In this document: positions 11,790-23,634 of the stretch, piece by piece
How the letters are laid out: each line of letters opens with the position of its first letter
How positions within the stretch are numbered: the first letter of the stretch is position 1
Assembly (NCBI RefSeq): GCF_006345805.1
Contig: NC_043006.1
Span: 25,916,001-25,980,000 of the forward strand
DNA: 64,000 nucleotides
Source: Octopus sinensis
Taxonomy: Eukaryota
Reading direction: 5' to 3'
Position numbers and translations under genes: made by a program
The notes under the pieces: model-generated
What the model was told of the DNA's origin: nothing
Databases searched by the model: none
The model's input: the letters and a program-made list of their open reading frames with translations, nothing else

Positions 11790-11824
11790 GTTTCCGACGA
11801 AGAGCTCCGCTCGAAACGTTAAAC
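11790..11824 (+). ncRNA. Minimal hammerhead-like motif, variant core
   Basis: GUUU-CCGACGA-A-GAGC-UCC-GCUC-GAAAC-GUU-AAAC; U4 replaced by C; stem III reduced to palindrome AACGUU; lies in a Penelope-like repeat at about 11752-11915. Confidence 0.55.
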
Positions 11825-11910
11825 CCTCCGTCTTTCCTGAGCGTCCAATAATACTATATTTGTTCCACGTCCTCACGTTGTTGTGATTTTTTGTGCTTTC
11901 TTGTTTGGAT

Positions 11911-11952
<42 letters not shown>

Positions 11953-12054
11953 TAAATTAGAGACAAAACCACTAGTATGCAAATCAAACAAAGAAAGACT
12001 TAAGCCAATACATAAAATAATTTATATAAATTTAGAAATTTAACAATTATAAAT

Positions 12055-12115
12055 AACCACTACGATCGTTTCATGTCTTATTTCAGCACATCTTTGAGAC
12101 ATTCTTCAGGTGGTT
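12055..12115 (-). ncRNA. Type I hammerhead ribozyme motif (left arm)
   Basis: Exact reverse complement of 12182-12242. Confidence 0.85.
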
Positions 12116-12181
12116 TCAAAACCTTCTTGGCGAGTTTTAAACTATGAGTTCATAGTTTAAAACTCGCCAAGAAGGTTTTGA

Positions 12182-12242
12182 AACCACCTGAAGAATGTCT
12201 CAAAGATGTGCTGAAATAAGACATGAAACGATCGTAGTGGTT
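12182..12242 (+). ncRNA. Type I hammerhead ribozyme motif (right arm)
   Basis: AACCAC-CUGAAGA-AUGUCU[18-nt loop]AGACAU-GAAAC-GAUC-GUA-GUGGUU; 6-bp stems I and II, palindromic stem III loop. Confidence 0.87.
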
Positions 12243-12426
12243 ATTTATAATTGTTAAATTTCTAAATTTATATAAATTATTTTATGTATTGGCTTAAGTC
12301 TTTCTTTGTTTGATTTGCATAATAGTGGTTTTGTCTCTAATTTAATATAATATAATATTTTACTATAAAATTAGATTCAATCCTAAATCTGATTTTTCCC
12401 TGTAAATTTGGATTTATTCCCTAATA

Positions 12427-12469
<43 letters not shown>

Positions 12470-13189
12470 TTTTGTGATGCAAACAAGAAAAATAGAACTC
12501 AAAACATAGATGTAAATGCTCGTGCACACACCCACACATTAATATTTGGCAGCGAGCTTGCAAGAACCATTAGCACACCAGGTGAAATGCTTTTGGCATC
12601 ATCTGTCTTTACATTCTGAGTTCAAAATCTACCGAGATCCATTTTGCCTTTCATCCTTTCAGGGTCGATGAAATAAATACCAGTTGAGTACTGGGGTTGA
12701 TGTAACTGACTTACCCCATCACCCTGAAATTGCTGGCCTTATACCAAAATTTGAAATTAATATTTGGTAGAAGTTACAAAGTGACTCAAGGAACCAAGAG
12801 TTTTGTCCATTAGCACTTATTAAAGTAGTTATAAATCAAGGGGTTATATATATATATATCAGTAGGTGAGTAAAAGTTGGAAACAGCAAATTATCATTAA
12901 TTTTCACCACTTAAAGCTGCATAACTTTTTCTTTATCTGTTTCCAACTTTTACTCACCTACTGCCAGTTTAACACTTTATCACTAATTCAGTTTTATCTC
13001 AACCTTGTAATTTCTCAGAAAAACTATTCTTCAATTATGACTTTTTAAAAGAACTCAATGAGTAGAATCTTTTGGTGAAGACCTCATCACAATATATTAG
13101 ATAGAAAAGAAGTTATGCAGCTTTAAGTAGCCAAACAATTGGTGCAAAAAAGTGCAAGGCTACAGTAGTACAGTCCCTGTTAAGAAGTA

Positions 13190-14200
13190 GCCACAAGAAT
13201 TTGATGGCAAAGTGTCATGGGAGGACTACTGTATCCAGTTTGAGCTATTGGTAGACCAAAATGGATGGGATGATAGGCAAAGAGCAGTTCAGCTTGCTAA
13301 AGGGCACTGCACTTGAGGTACTGAGTCAGTTGTCTGTGGAGGAGAGAAGCTGTTACTCTTCACTAGTTAAGTGTTAGAGAGAAGATATGGGACTATGTGC
13401 CTGAGTGAAGTGTTCAGGGTATGATTTCAGACCCACATAAGGGCTAGAGGAGAATCACTACAACAGCTTGCCCAGGAACTTTTGGCTCTTCTACTGAAAG
13501 AGCAGTTTATTGACACTTTGGGTAATGCAGAGCTCAAAGTTCAAGTGAAACAAGCACAGTCAAATATTATGCAAGAGGCATTGGCTAGAGCTCTGGAATT
13601 TGAGTTGTATGTGAGGTCTAGCACAGGAAGATTCCAGGTGGACTACAGTTCCAGATTTAAAGCAAGGAAGGTGCAAGTACATGAAACAGGAAGATTTAAT
13701 GGAAGTTGTTGGTACTGCAAGAAGATTGGACATAAAAGAGAAAGCTGTTTGAAGAAGAAAGAACAAGAGATGATTGGAATACATTGTTGGCACTATGGGG
13801 AGCCAGGACACAAGACACAAGATTATTACAGCCTGAAGAGAGAGCAAAGGCAGTATGGTCGTAAAAAGTTCAAGCTTAGGAGAGAGTGTGGGACATGTGG
13901 TGAAAAGGGAGAACTCGGTTTTGATTACTCTACATGAAAGAAAGATAGTAAGACGGTAATGAAAGGAGATTCAGAAAACTAGAAGGGGCACCGTCAGCCG
14001 AATATTTTAAAGAAACCCTAACCCTGAGAAGATGTAAAAGGACTGTAATTGGCAGCATACAAGTGAATGGAGGATTGACAGCCAGAAGTGTCACCTTGTC
14101 ATTGATCTGGCCTCGGAGCAGACTTTTGTGAGATCCAAGATGTTACAGCATCGAGACCTACCAGTTATCACGGCAGTTGTGTAGCATTACCAGGCACTGT
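13190..14200 (+). mobile_element. Gypsy LTR retrotransposon gag/protease remnant
   Basis: PQEFDGKVSWEDY...QFEL...NGWDD, CCHC knuckle CWYCKKIGHKRESC, degenerate protease; many stops and frameshifts. Confidence 0.75.
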
Positions 14201-14478
14201 ACTTATTTATGTAAAAACTGGTTTAATGGCTACTGTCACCCTAACCATTCCGTGAAAATTTTTTCTTTACCAGTTGCAGGACCTATTCATATAGGTACAT
14301 ATAGTGTAGTTTTGTGAACACTCACACAAATGTGTTTGCACGCACACACACACTTTACAATTTCTATCCACCAAATTTCCTTACATGACTTTGGTTAGTT
14401 CAGGGCTATAGTAGAAGACACTTGAGATGTTGTGCAATTGAACAGGTGTAACTTGGCGAACAACTGACCAAACGTACT

Positions 14479-15740
14479 GTTGTGGTGAGCGTCATTGACA
14501 CCCCCTGGCAGACTGGAGAGTGGACTAGGCAAACTCTTATAAAGTGTAGTAGTCAGTAGTAGTGGGGAGAGTGTTTTGGTTGTCTCGCAAAGCACATCAT
14601 GTGAAGATATTGATTAAACCTCTGCTACATAATTTATCTATTCCAACCTGTGGCGGGATATAAAAGTGGTGACAGTATATTCGAAGCTTGTGTAGGATGT
14701 TAAAATTTACAACTACAACTATAATAGCAACAACAACAATATCAACAGTTACAGGAAGTAATGTTGAAGAAGTCTGAAAATACTTTAGGTTCGTTCTTGT
14801 CAGATGGTGTAGCAAATTCAATTGGAGTATTTAGTTATAACCCAGAAGAAGGTACCATTTTCTCTTCATATTTTCAAAGATATGAAGAAACCTTCAAAGA
14901 AGAATGTAAAAATTGGAATGATGAGAAGAAGGTGCGACTATTTTTAAGAAAGTTATCACCTGCTAAACACGAAAAATACTGGTAACTATATTCTGGTGAA
15001 GAAACCAGGTGAGGTTTGTTTCGATGAAACAGTTAATTTGTTATTGAGAATTTTCAGTGAAAAATGTTCCCTGTTCAATACTTGTTGGCAATGTTTAAAT
15101 CTAGTTAAAAAAGATGATGAAGATTTTGTCACCTGTGCTGGGGTCATTAACAGAGAGTGTGAAAAATTCAAATTAAATGAATTAATCCTGGATTTGTTCA
15201 AATATATAATTTTTGTTCAAGAATTAACAGCAAGAAAAGATGCTGATATACATTCCTGTACATTAACAAAATTAGAACAGGACCAAAAATTAACTCTATA
15301 GGCAGTGACTGAAGGATGCCAGAATATTATAAATTTAAGGCATGACATGGATAAAATTGAAGAAAAAGATTGCTCCCAGATACATGTGTGTCATCCTGAA
15401 ATGGATAAAGAAAAAGAAAAACGAATGTCAAGGCCAAATCCTTGCTATGGGTGCGGCAGTTTACATTTTAGAAGTAGTTGTCCTTTTAAAAATCATAAAT
15501 GTTTTGATTGTGGAAAAATTGGTCATAAAAGCTCACATTGTATAGCAAAACAAAAAAGAAGGGTCAACAAAAAAAAAATTCTAGAAAGAATGTATTGTTA
15601 AAAAAATTTTAAGTGAGGCTCAGAAAAGAAAATTTGTGTCCATAAAAATGATTAATGTGAATATCAAGTTACAATTGGATATGAGCAGTGATATCACGAT
15701 AATTAATACAGATACATGAAGAAAAATAGGGAAACCTAAA
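14479..15740 (+). mobile_element. Gypsy-like LTR retrotransposon gag/protease remnant
   Basis: FSYNPEEGTIFSSYFQRYEE...WNDEKKVRLFLRKL, knuckles CYGCGSLHFRSSC and CFDCGKIGHKSSHC, protease-like LQLDMSSDITII; broken into ORFs starting at 14761, 14996 and 15305. Confidence 0.75.
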
Positions 15741-16346
15741 GGCAACTAACCATGATGATTAAAATGAAACTATACATTTATATTTTATTTTTTATTTACA
15801 TATAAGAACAGCAGGTTTTAGTGGGCTAAGAACAAGAGATTCAGATTTGTAGCTAATGAAGTATGTCACAATGCAGAAACACAGGACCTACAGTGCAATT
15901 ACATCTTCTATAACCCAGTTCAGTCTGTTTTCACTCGCATTGCTTATAAGGAGAATTTCTCTTCCTAGACAGTTTCTGTAACATAGGCCTTCCACATTTG
16001 TGTACATGAACATATTAAATATATATGTACAATTTATTTTAATAATTGCTGTTCAGTATGCTCTTAATTAATAAATTCCAGCTTTACAAAGCTTTGCGCA
16101 CACCAGCAAATTTATTATTGGACACCAAGAATGGTAGTTCTTAGTCTCCAGCTGTTTGGCATTGTTGGTGACACATGGCAATACCAAAAAACATGTCCTA
16201 CAGTCTGAAAATGTCATTTACAGCCCAGCCTGGTGTATTTTCACTCACATTTTACATTTTCATAATTGAGATGCTTGTGAGATGTTGATATAGTAATTTG
16301 ACATTGACCACCAAAATTCTTTACATCTGATGGATCCTTGACCCCT

Positions 16347-16730
16347 GGAAGCACTCCGTCGGTTACGACGACGAGGGTTCCGGTTGATCCGAATCAACGG
16401 AACAGCCTGCTCGTGAAATTAACGTGTAAGTGGCTGAGCACTCCACAGACACGTGTACCCTTAACGTAGTTCTCGGGGATATTCAGCGTGACACAGAGAG
16501 TGACAAGGCCGGCCCTTTGAAATACAGGTACAACAGAAACAGGAAGTAAGAGTGAGAGAAAGTTGTGGTGAAAGAGTACAGCAGGGATCACCACCATCCC
16601 CTGTCGGAGCCTCATGGAGCTTTAGGTGTTTTCGCTCAATAAACACTCACAACGCCTGGTCTGGGAATCGAAACCACGATCCTATGACCGCGAGTCCGCT
16701 GCCCTAACCACTGGGCCATTGCGCCTCCAC
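16347..16730 (-). mobile_element. tRNA-derived SINE with 11-bp TSD
   Basis: Minus head GGCGCAATGGCCCAGTGGTTAGGGCAGCGGACTCGCGGTC...GGTTTCGATTCC (tRNA-like A and B boxes); TSD CCTTGACCCCT at 16336-16346 and 16731-16741. Confidence 0.85.
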
Positions 16731-18645
16731 CCTTGACCCCTACTGGGAGCAACATACAATTGACCATATGCAAACACATTAGTAGTATTGTAAAGAAGAT
16801 AACATATTAAAATTAAGCAGAGGAAAATGAATATTTTTTCATAAGTTTTCTTAAATGAATGTACAAAACAGAAATTAATGCTTTTCTTTCCATTTTGTAA
16901 TATTTTAAAGGTGGTAATTTAATGTCTTTAATGACTGTCTTGAGAAATATGTGTGTGTCTGTATTCTTACAGGCATTCATACATACATACACACATATAC
17001 ATATATACACATGCATACATACATAGGAAGAGAACAAGAGAAGTAAGAGAGCAAGTAAAAATAACAATAGAATCAAGTGAAATTACTTGATTTTCATTCA
17101 TGACAAGGTATTCGATAATAGAATGATTTATAAAATGTCTGTAAAAAAATAAACATTCAACAATTGTATATACTCATAACAAAAGAATGACAAATATTTA
17201 TACTGTTAAACAATGCTTAGCTTATATATATTTTTTTTATTTTTAGAATTGTATTGTTTATTCATTCAAATAGAAAGGTGTGGCTCTGTAAACCTTTAGC
17301 ATTTAAATGAATCATATCTGGCCCAAATATTCCACCTATTTCATGTTCAAACTGGTCAGATCTGACCTCTTATACTTAGACTACAAAATAATTAATCACA
17401 TCATTGAAACCATGAGATAATGCATGATTAATTCTAAACAATCATCATCATCATCATCGTTTAATGTCCGTTCTCCATGCTAGCATGGGTTGGACGGTTC
17501 GACCGGGGATCTGGGAAGCCAGAAGGCTGCACCAGGCTCAAGTCTGATCTGGCAGTGTTTCTACAGCTGGATGCCCTTCCTAACACCAACCACTCCATGA
17601 GTGTAGTGGGTGCTTTTTATGTGCCAGGCGAGGATGGCAGCGGCCACGATTGGATTGGTGCTTTTTACGTGCCACCGGCACGGAAGCCAGTCAAGGCGGC
17701 GCTGGCATCAGCCATGTTCGGATGGTGCTTATTACGTGCCACCGGCACGGAAGCAATGTTAATGAATAAGCATTACATTTAACAGAGTAATCTAATTGCT
17801 AAGGGGTTAATGTATGCTGAGTTGAAATACTTCCTAAATAATCATGGGATTTCTAAAAGCCTCACAACCCTGTATAATCCCTTAGAAAACTTGCAGTACA
17901 AAAAGTATGATGGGCATGTTTAGAACCATATAAAGTTAACCCTTGAAAATAACAAAAAAATGTGGTTCCAGGGTCGGTCTCGCTGTGTGACAAGTGTCTT
18001 CTACTATAGCCTCAGGCCAACCAAAGCCTTGTGAGTGGATTTGGTAGACGGAAACTGAAAGAAGCCTGTCATATACATATGTATGTGTGTTTGTTCCCCA
18101 CCACCACTTGCCAACTGGTGTTAGTGTGTTTACATCCCTGTAATTTAACAGTTCGGCAAAAGAGATCGATAGAATAAGTACCAAGCTTTAAAAACAAAAA
18201 GTACTAGGGTCGATTCATTTGACTAAAATTTATTCAAGGCAGTGCCCTAGCATGATCATAAGTAAAAGATAAAAGACTTCACAATGGGTATATCTCTATC
18301 ATTCAACATTGTGGATTCAGTAGTTTGATCAACTGAATTAATATGTATTTATAGAGGTATATGTTGAGGGGTTCTTTTTTGTGTCTTTTGTTTCAGTTTT
18401 AATCAATACTAGTGCCAAAATAGGACATAGCTATTAAGGATCTAAGGAAAATTTCTTCATTCCATTGTATTGTTTTTTTTCTTGTTTTTTTTTTTTACTT
18501 GGCAATTATTAATTCATTAACTTTGTATCACATACAACACTAATTCTTCCTTGTTTTAATTGCAGAATTTTGCAGTCATATTTGAAAAATTTGACAATGA
18601 TATTGTAAGTATGATAATCTACTACAATGTAAATTTGTTTAAATA

Positions 18646-19998
18646 ATGAAACTGCTATTGATGAGATCCACTTGTTGGTTAAGGCTACACATACAAAAGA
18701 CATTTTATGGCACTTACAAACCAACCACACAACCTAAAATGGGAAAGCTCATAACATCTACTGTTAATACACCTGAATTTTACAGCTTGTTTAACCCAAA
18801 TTTGATATCCCTCATTAATTTGTTTAAAAAATATAATTATGAACTGCGTATTGCTGGTGGTGCTGTAAGGGATTTACTGACAGGTAAGAAGCCAGAAGAC
18901 ATCGATTTTGCTACAACTGCAACTCCTGAACAGATGAAAGATTTTTTTACTAAAGAAAACATCCGAATGATTAATTTGAAAGGAGAATCACATGGAACAG
19001 TCACGGCAAGGATCAATGATTGTGAAAACTATGAAATCACAACTTTACGGATTGATGTGAAAACAGATGGTCGTCATGCTAAAGTAGAGTTTACACAAGA
19101 CTGGCATCAAGATGCCAGTAGAAGGGATTTGACTATAAATGCCATGTTTTTAGATTTTAATGGAATTCTCTATGATTATTTTAATGGTCGGAAAGATCTT
19201 GAAGAGAGGAGGGTTTGTTTTGTTGGAGAACCTGCAACCAGAATTCAAGAAGATTATATCAGAATCCTTCGGTACTTCAGATTTTGGGGAAGGATTTCAT
19301 CACAAAACGGGTTGCATAACCCAGAGGATCTTAAAGCCATTGAAGAGAATGCAGTTGGTTTAAGTGATATTGCAGGAGAACGAATTTGGGTTGAAATGAA
19401 AAAAATTATCACTGGTCCCAATTTTACCAGTGTTATTGCTACAATGGCCAAATTAGGGGTTTTGAAATATATTGGATATGCAGAAAATGTGAATATTGAA
19501 GAAGTGGATCAAGTCTGGAAACGAACAAAGGGTTTCTCTATGTTGCCTATGACTTTGATGTCAACATTAATGTATGATAGCCAAGATGTCATGAAGCTAA
19601 ATCAGAAAGTGAAAATGTCAAATGAAGAAATGAATTTACTCAATTTTATAGTAGAAGAACGGTACAAAATATCAAAAGAAAATATTATTAAGTATTATAA
19701 AGATATGGTCTTGAGTGGACGTGATAGCAAATTGAAAGGCCGTATTTTAGAACTTTTTAAATACTTGGGTGAAGAGGACTTGCTTACAGAATTTAATGAA
19801 TGGATTCCTCCAAGATTCCCTGTGTCTGGATACGATTTAATGAAACAAAATATTCCTAAAGGCCCTATATTTAATCAAACTTTAAATTTTCTCAAAGATG
19901 TTTGGAAAGAAAGTGATTATATCCTAACAAAAGAAGAATTGTTGAGGTTGGGTGAGAAATATGTATCAGGCTCTGAAAGTAAAACTAAATTATTGTAG
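18646..19998 (+). CDS. TRNT1: CCA tRNA nucleotidyltransferase 1 (class II CCA-adding enzyme), 450 aa, single coding exon
   Basis: Motifs GGAVRDLL...DIDFAT (catalytic DxD), EITTLR, RRDLTINA, EDYIRILR and ERIWVE; C-terminal FPVSGYDL; AATAAA at 20016-20025. Confidence 0.96.
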   Translation: MKLLLMRSTCWLRLHIQKTFYGTYKPTTQPKMGKLITSTVNTPEFYSLFNPNLISLINLFKKYNYELRIAGGAVRDLLTGKKPEDIDFATTATPEQMKDFFTKENIRMINLKGESHGTVTARINDCENYEITTLRIDVKTDGRHAKVEFTQDWHQDASRRDLTINAMFLDFNGILYDYFNGRKDLEERRVCFVGEPATRIQEDYIRILRYFRFWGRISSQNGLHNPEDLKAIEENAVGLSDIAGERIWVEMKKIITGPNFTSVIATMAKLGVLKYIGYAENVNIEEVDQVWKRTKGFSMLPMTLMSTLMYDSQDVMKLNQKVKMSNEEMNLLNFIVEERYKISKENIIKYYKDMVLSGRDSKLKGRILELFKYLGEEDLLTEFNEWIPPRFPVSGYDLMKQNIPKGPIFNQTLNFLKDVWKESDYILTKEELLRLGEKYVSGSESKTKLL

Positions 19999-21099
19999 AT
20001 ATTTTCTTCTTGATAAATAAATAAAATTGTTATACTGTTCTTTATTTCTTCATCATTATCTTGGTGTTATATAATTTATATTTAGAATTCTTGCTTAGTA
20101 AAGTTAATATTGGATTATTATATGTAAGAAATATTTCTCTTTCTTTGCTAATACTTTTATATATTTTCTATTTATACAAATTTGTGAGACAGTCGAGGAT
20201 TGTGTCACAAAATTTCCTTTGGTCAATATTTACCAAAAATATATATTCTAAACAATTTTATGATATACGAATTGCTATTTCAAGCTTCTTTATATTAAAA
20301 AATTCACTAAACTGTTGTGTTTTTTAACATTTTCAAATTCCAAGTACTGTGAGGAAATACTATCTATAATCCAAGATTTTGTGAATCTTTGGTTGTCTAA
20401 CTTGAATATATTCAAATATAATACCAGACAGAGGTGCATTCATATACAAACACATGCTCACACACACATACATACATAGAAAATACACAAATATGGACAT
20501 GCAAGCACATGAATATGCAGAATATATGCATACAGATGCACACACATATATACATATACAAACACACACTCATGCACACACATACATGGATAAACATGGA
20601 CCTGCAGACACATGAATTTGTAGAATACATACATACAGATGCACACACATACATATATACATATGAATGCATACACATATACATACACACACATACATAC
20701 ACACATACATACATGCATGCATGCATGCACAGGCACACACACACACGCTGACCCACACACATGCACACAAACAAACAAAAAGGAACACAGTGTAAATAAC
20801 GGACAGAGTCAAGACTATTGAAAAGGTTGCAAAATGCAACAAAAATTTTAGGAAAATAAAAATAAGAAATAAGTGGAAATTTTACTGGTGAGTATGTTAC
20901 ATTATAAGGCACAAAAAGAAGATGACTCTTCCCAGACACAACAGAATATGCTTCAGCACATGAACTCATATAAAGACTCTTGTAAATCAAATCCCAAAAC
21001 TAAATATATATATATATATATATATAATTATGAATTGAACACACAATGCTTCTAATCTTCTAACCAACATACAAACCATTATACATACATACATATATA

Positions 21100-21150
<51 letters not shown>

Positions 21151-21152
<2 letters not shown>

Positions 21153-21369
21153 GGAGAATTTACGAAAAAAAAAAGACGAAGACAGGTGGTGTACAAAACA
21201 AACAGATGTATTAGTATAACGCTCAGGAATAGAAAAAGTCTTTTATGTTTCGAGCCTACGCTCTTCTACAGAAAGGGACACAGAAAAAAACAAGGAGAGA
21301 AACAACAAGAGAAAAAAAATGTGTGTAGTGGCTAACGATCTATCATGGCGACTAGTGCCGGACAGAAGG

Positions 21370-21370
<1 letters not shown>
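21151..21370 (-). mobile_element. Short Penelope-like repeat with hammerhead-like motif (family D, copy 2)
   Basis: Minus 21276-21239: CTTT-CTGTAGA-A-GAGC-GTAG-GCTC-GAAAC-ATA-AAAG; embedded in (TA)n. Confidence 0.6.
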
Positions 21371-21425
<55 letters not shown>

Positions 21426-22524
21426 GGTACTCAATACATAACTGTGGTTTACCCCGACTCAACCAGGGACCTACATATATATATATAAAACAAAGTTATT
21501 TTATTCCACACAGGTAGAAATATAGAAAAAGAAGTTGAGAATGAACTGGAATTTGTTTAGATTTTTTATTTTAAAAGTTTTAAAGACTTAACCAGTTTCA
21601 CAGTTTTTTCTGATGTTTGAGATAGAAAGACGTGGAAATATTCTGCAATTGTCTTACTTTTGATTGGAGTTCAAAAATTCCCTTGTTTTTATAGAGAACA
21701 TGACTCAAATCAGTATTTGTTTTAGATATGATTTGATTGGCAAAGGATAACCACATGATTAGTTTTAGAAATTTTTGTAAGTTCCTCATTATGCCCATTT
21801 TTAAATATCATGTGACAATACGTTGGGTGCTCTATGTTAAAGTTGTCACAGTTGAGTGAACATGCCCTGTGATAGTCCCAAATGATTAAGGCTGTTTGAA
21901 TTTAATCTGTCATGTGTGGTAGAGGACGATCTAGGATGATTAGGCTTAGAAATTTTTGTAGGTTTTAATATCATCTAACAATATATTTTGCACAGAAAAT
22001 TAAGACTAACATGGTTGAGTGAATGTGTCTGGTGACAGTCCAAAGCAATCAAGGCTCTCTAAATTTAATCTGTCCAGTGGTAGAGTGGGATGAGTTGTTT
22101 CTATTTAGCCCAGTGGCTGAATAGTTATGATTTGTATGCAGGTATTAAATTTCATTCTCCTCTAATTTTGTGCATCATATGAGGAAAGATCATGATTGTG
22201 TCCAAAAGATCATGTCAAGTGTCAGAATAAGTTTGTGTGTGAATAGTTGTTGGTGAATGTAGGTTGTTAAAGTCCATTCAGTTTTGATTTGCATTTTTGT
22301 TTGGATATGTTTTCTTTGTTTATCTGTGCTTGATCTGTGGTATTGACTGAACGAAGGTAAAGTAGGAAGACTTAAAATTTGGGAGACTTATTTTTCACAC
22401 ATATGTCTATGTGTCCACTCAGTGGGGTCTGTCTAGTACTAGGGTCTTGTATTTTTTATTTGTTGACAATGAATAATTAGTCTATTTCTGAGAGTGAGTT
22501 TTGTTTGACCAAAGTAATCTTTGA

Positions 22525-23600
22525 GCTCAGAGAGCTCTTACCTCTGCTGGTGACAAAAGGCCTCTCGCACAGAGTGAAAGGCAGACTGTATGATGCGTGT
22601 GTATGAACAGCCATGCTACATGGCAGTGAAACATGGGCCGTGACTGCTGAGGATATGCGTAAGCTCGCAAGAAATGAAGCCAGTATGCTCCGATGGATGT
22701 GTAATGTCAGTGTTCATAATCGACAGAGTGTAAGTACCTTGAAAGAAAAGCTGGACCTAAGAAGCATCAGTTGTGGTGTGCAAGAGAGACGTTTGCGCTG
22801 GTATGGTCATGTGGCGAGAATGGATGAAGATAGTTGTGTGAAAAAGTGCCACACCCTAGCGGTTGAGGGAACCTGTGGAAGAGGCAGACCCAGGAAAACC
22901 TGGGACGAGGTGGTGAAGCACGACCTTCGAACTTTAGGTCTCACTGAGGAAATGACTAGAGACCGAGTCCTCTGGAAGTGTGCTGTGCGCAAGAAGACCC
23001 GGCAGGACAAGTGAGTCCATAACCCGTGGCTTTCTACTTGGGACGGAGCCAGCCTACGTATGCATACCTTCCCTTCTTGGGACACAAAACTCTACTTGTG
23101 AAGACCTGTTGAGGCAAGTGAGGATCAGAATCGAAATCGATCAATGGAAATTGCAGATATGTTACCAGTGCCAGTGGCATGTCGAAACTCTACTTGTGAA
23201 GACCCGTTGAGGCAAGTGAGGATCAGAATGGAAATCGATCAATGGAATTGCAGATGTGTTACCAGTGCCGGTGGCATGTAAGAGAACCTTCCGTTTCGCG
23301 ACCGTTGCCAGCACCGCCCCGTTTCGTGTCCGTTGCCAGCCTCGCCTGGCCCTCGTGCCGGTGGCACATAAAAAGCACCATCCGTTCGTGGCCGTTTGCC
23401 AGCTCTGTCTGGCACCTGAGCGGGTGGCACGTAAAAAGCACCCACTACACTCACGGAGTGGTTGGCGTTAGGAAGGGCATCCAGCCGTAGAAACACTGCC
23501 AGATTTGACTGGGCCTGATGAAGCCTTCTGGCTTCACAGACCCCAGTAGAACCGTCCAACCCATGCTAGCATGGAAAACAGACACTAAACGACGACGATG
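22525..23600 (+). mobile_element. 5'-truncated RTE-clade LINE (ORF C-terminus plus 3' tail)
   Basis: MLHGSETWA...MLRWMC...RLRWYGHVARMDE...GRGRPRKTW (ORF 22613-23014), then a 3' UTR with subrepeats and a (GAT/GAC)n tail. Confidence 0.88.
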
Positions 23601-23603
23601 ATG

Positions 23604-23634
<31 letters not shown>

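Larger units (their letters stand above)
11943..12354. repeat. Near-perfect 412-bp palindrome (inverted Penelope-like terminal repeat)
   Basis: 205-bp arms (11943-12147 and 12150-12354), 2-nt spacer, one mismatch seen (11975/12322). Confidence 0.95.

Noticed and set aside
16655-16730. tRNA-like sequence on the minus strand
   Set aside because: No proper acceptor stem; it continues into a SINE body flanked by a TSD, so it is a SINE head and not a tRNA gene.
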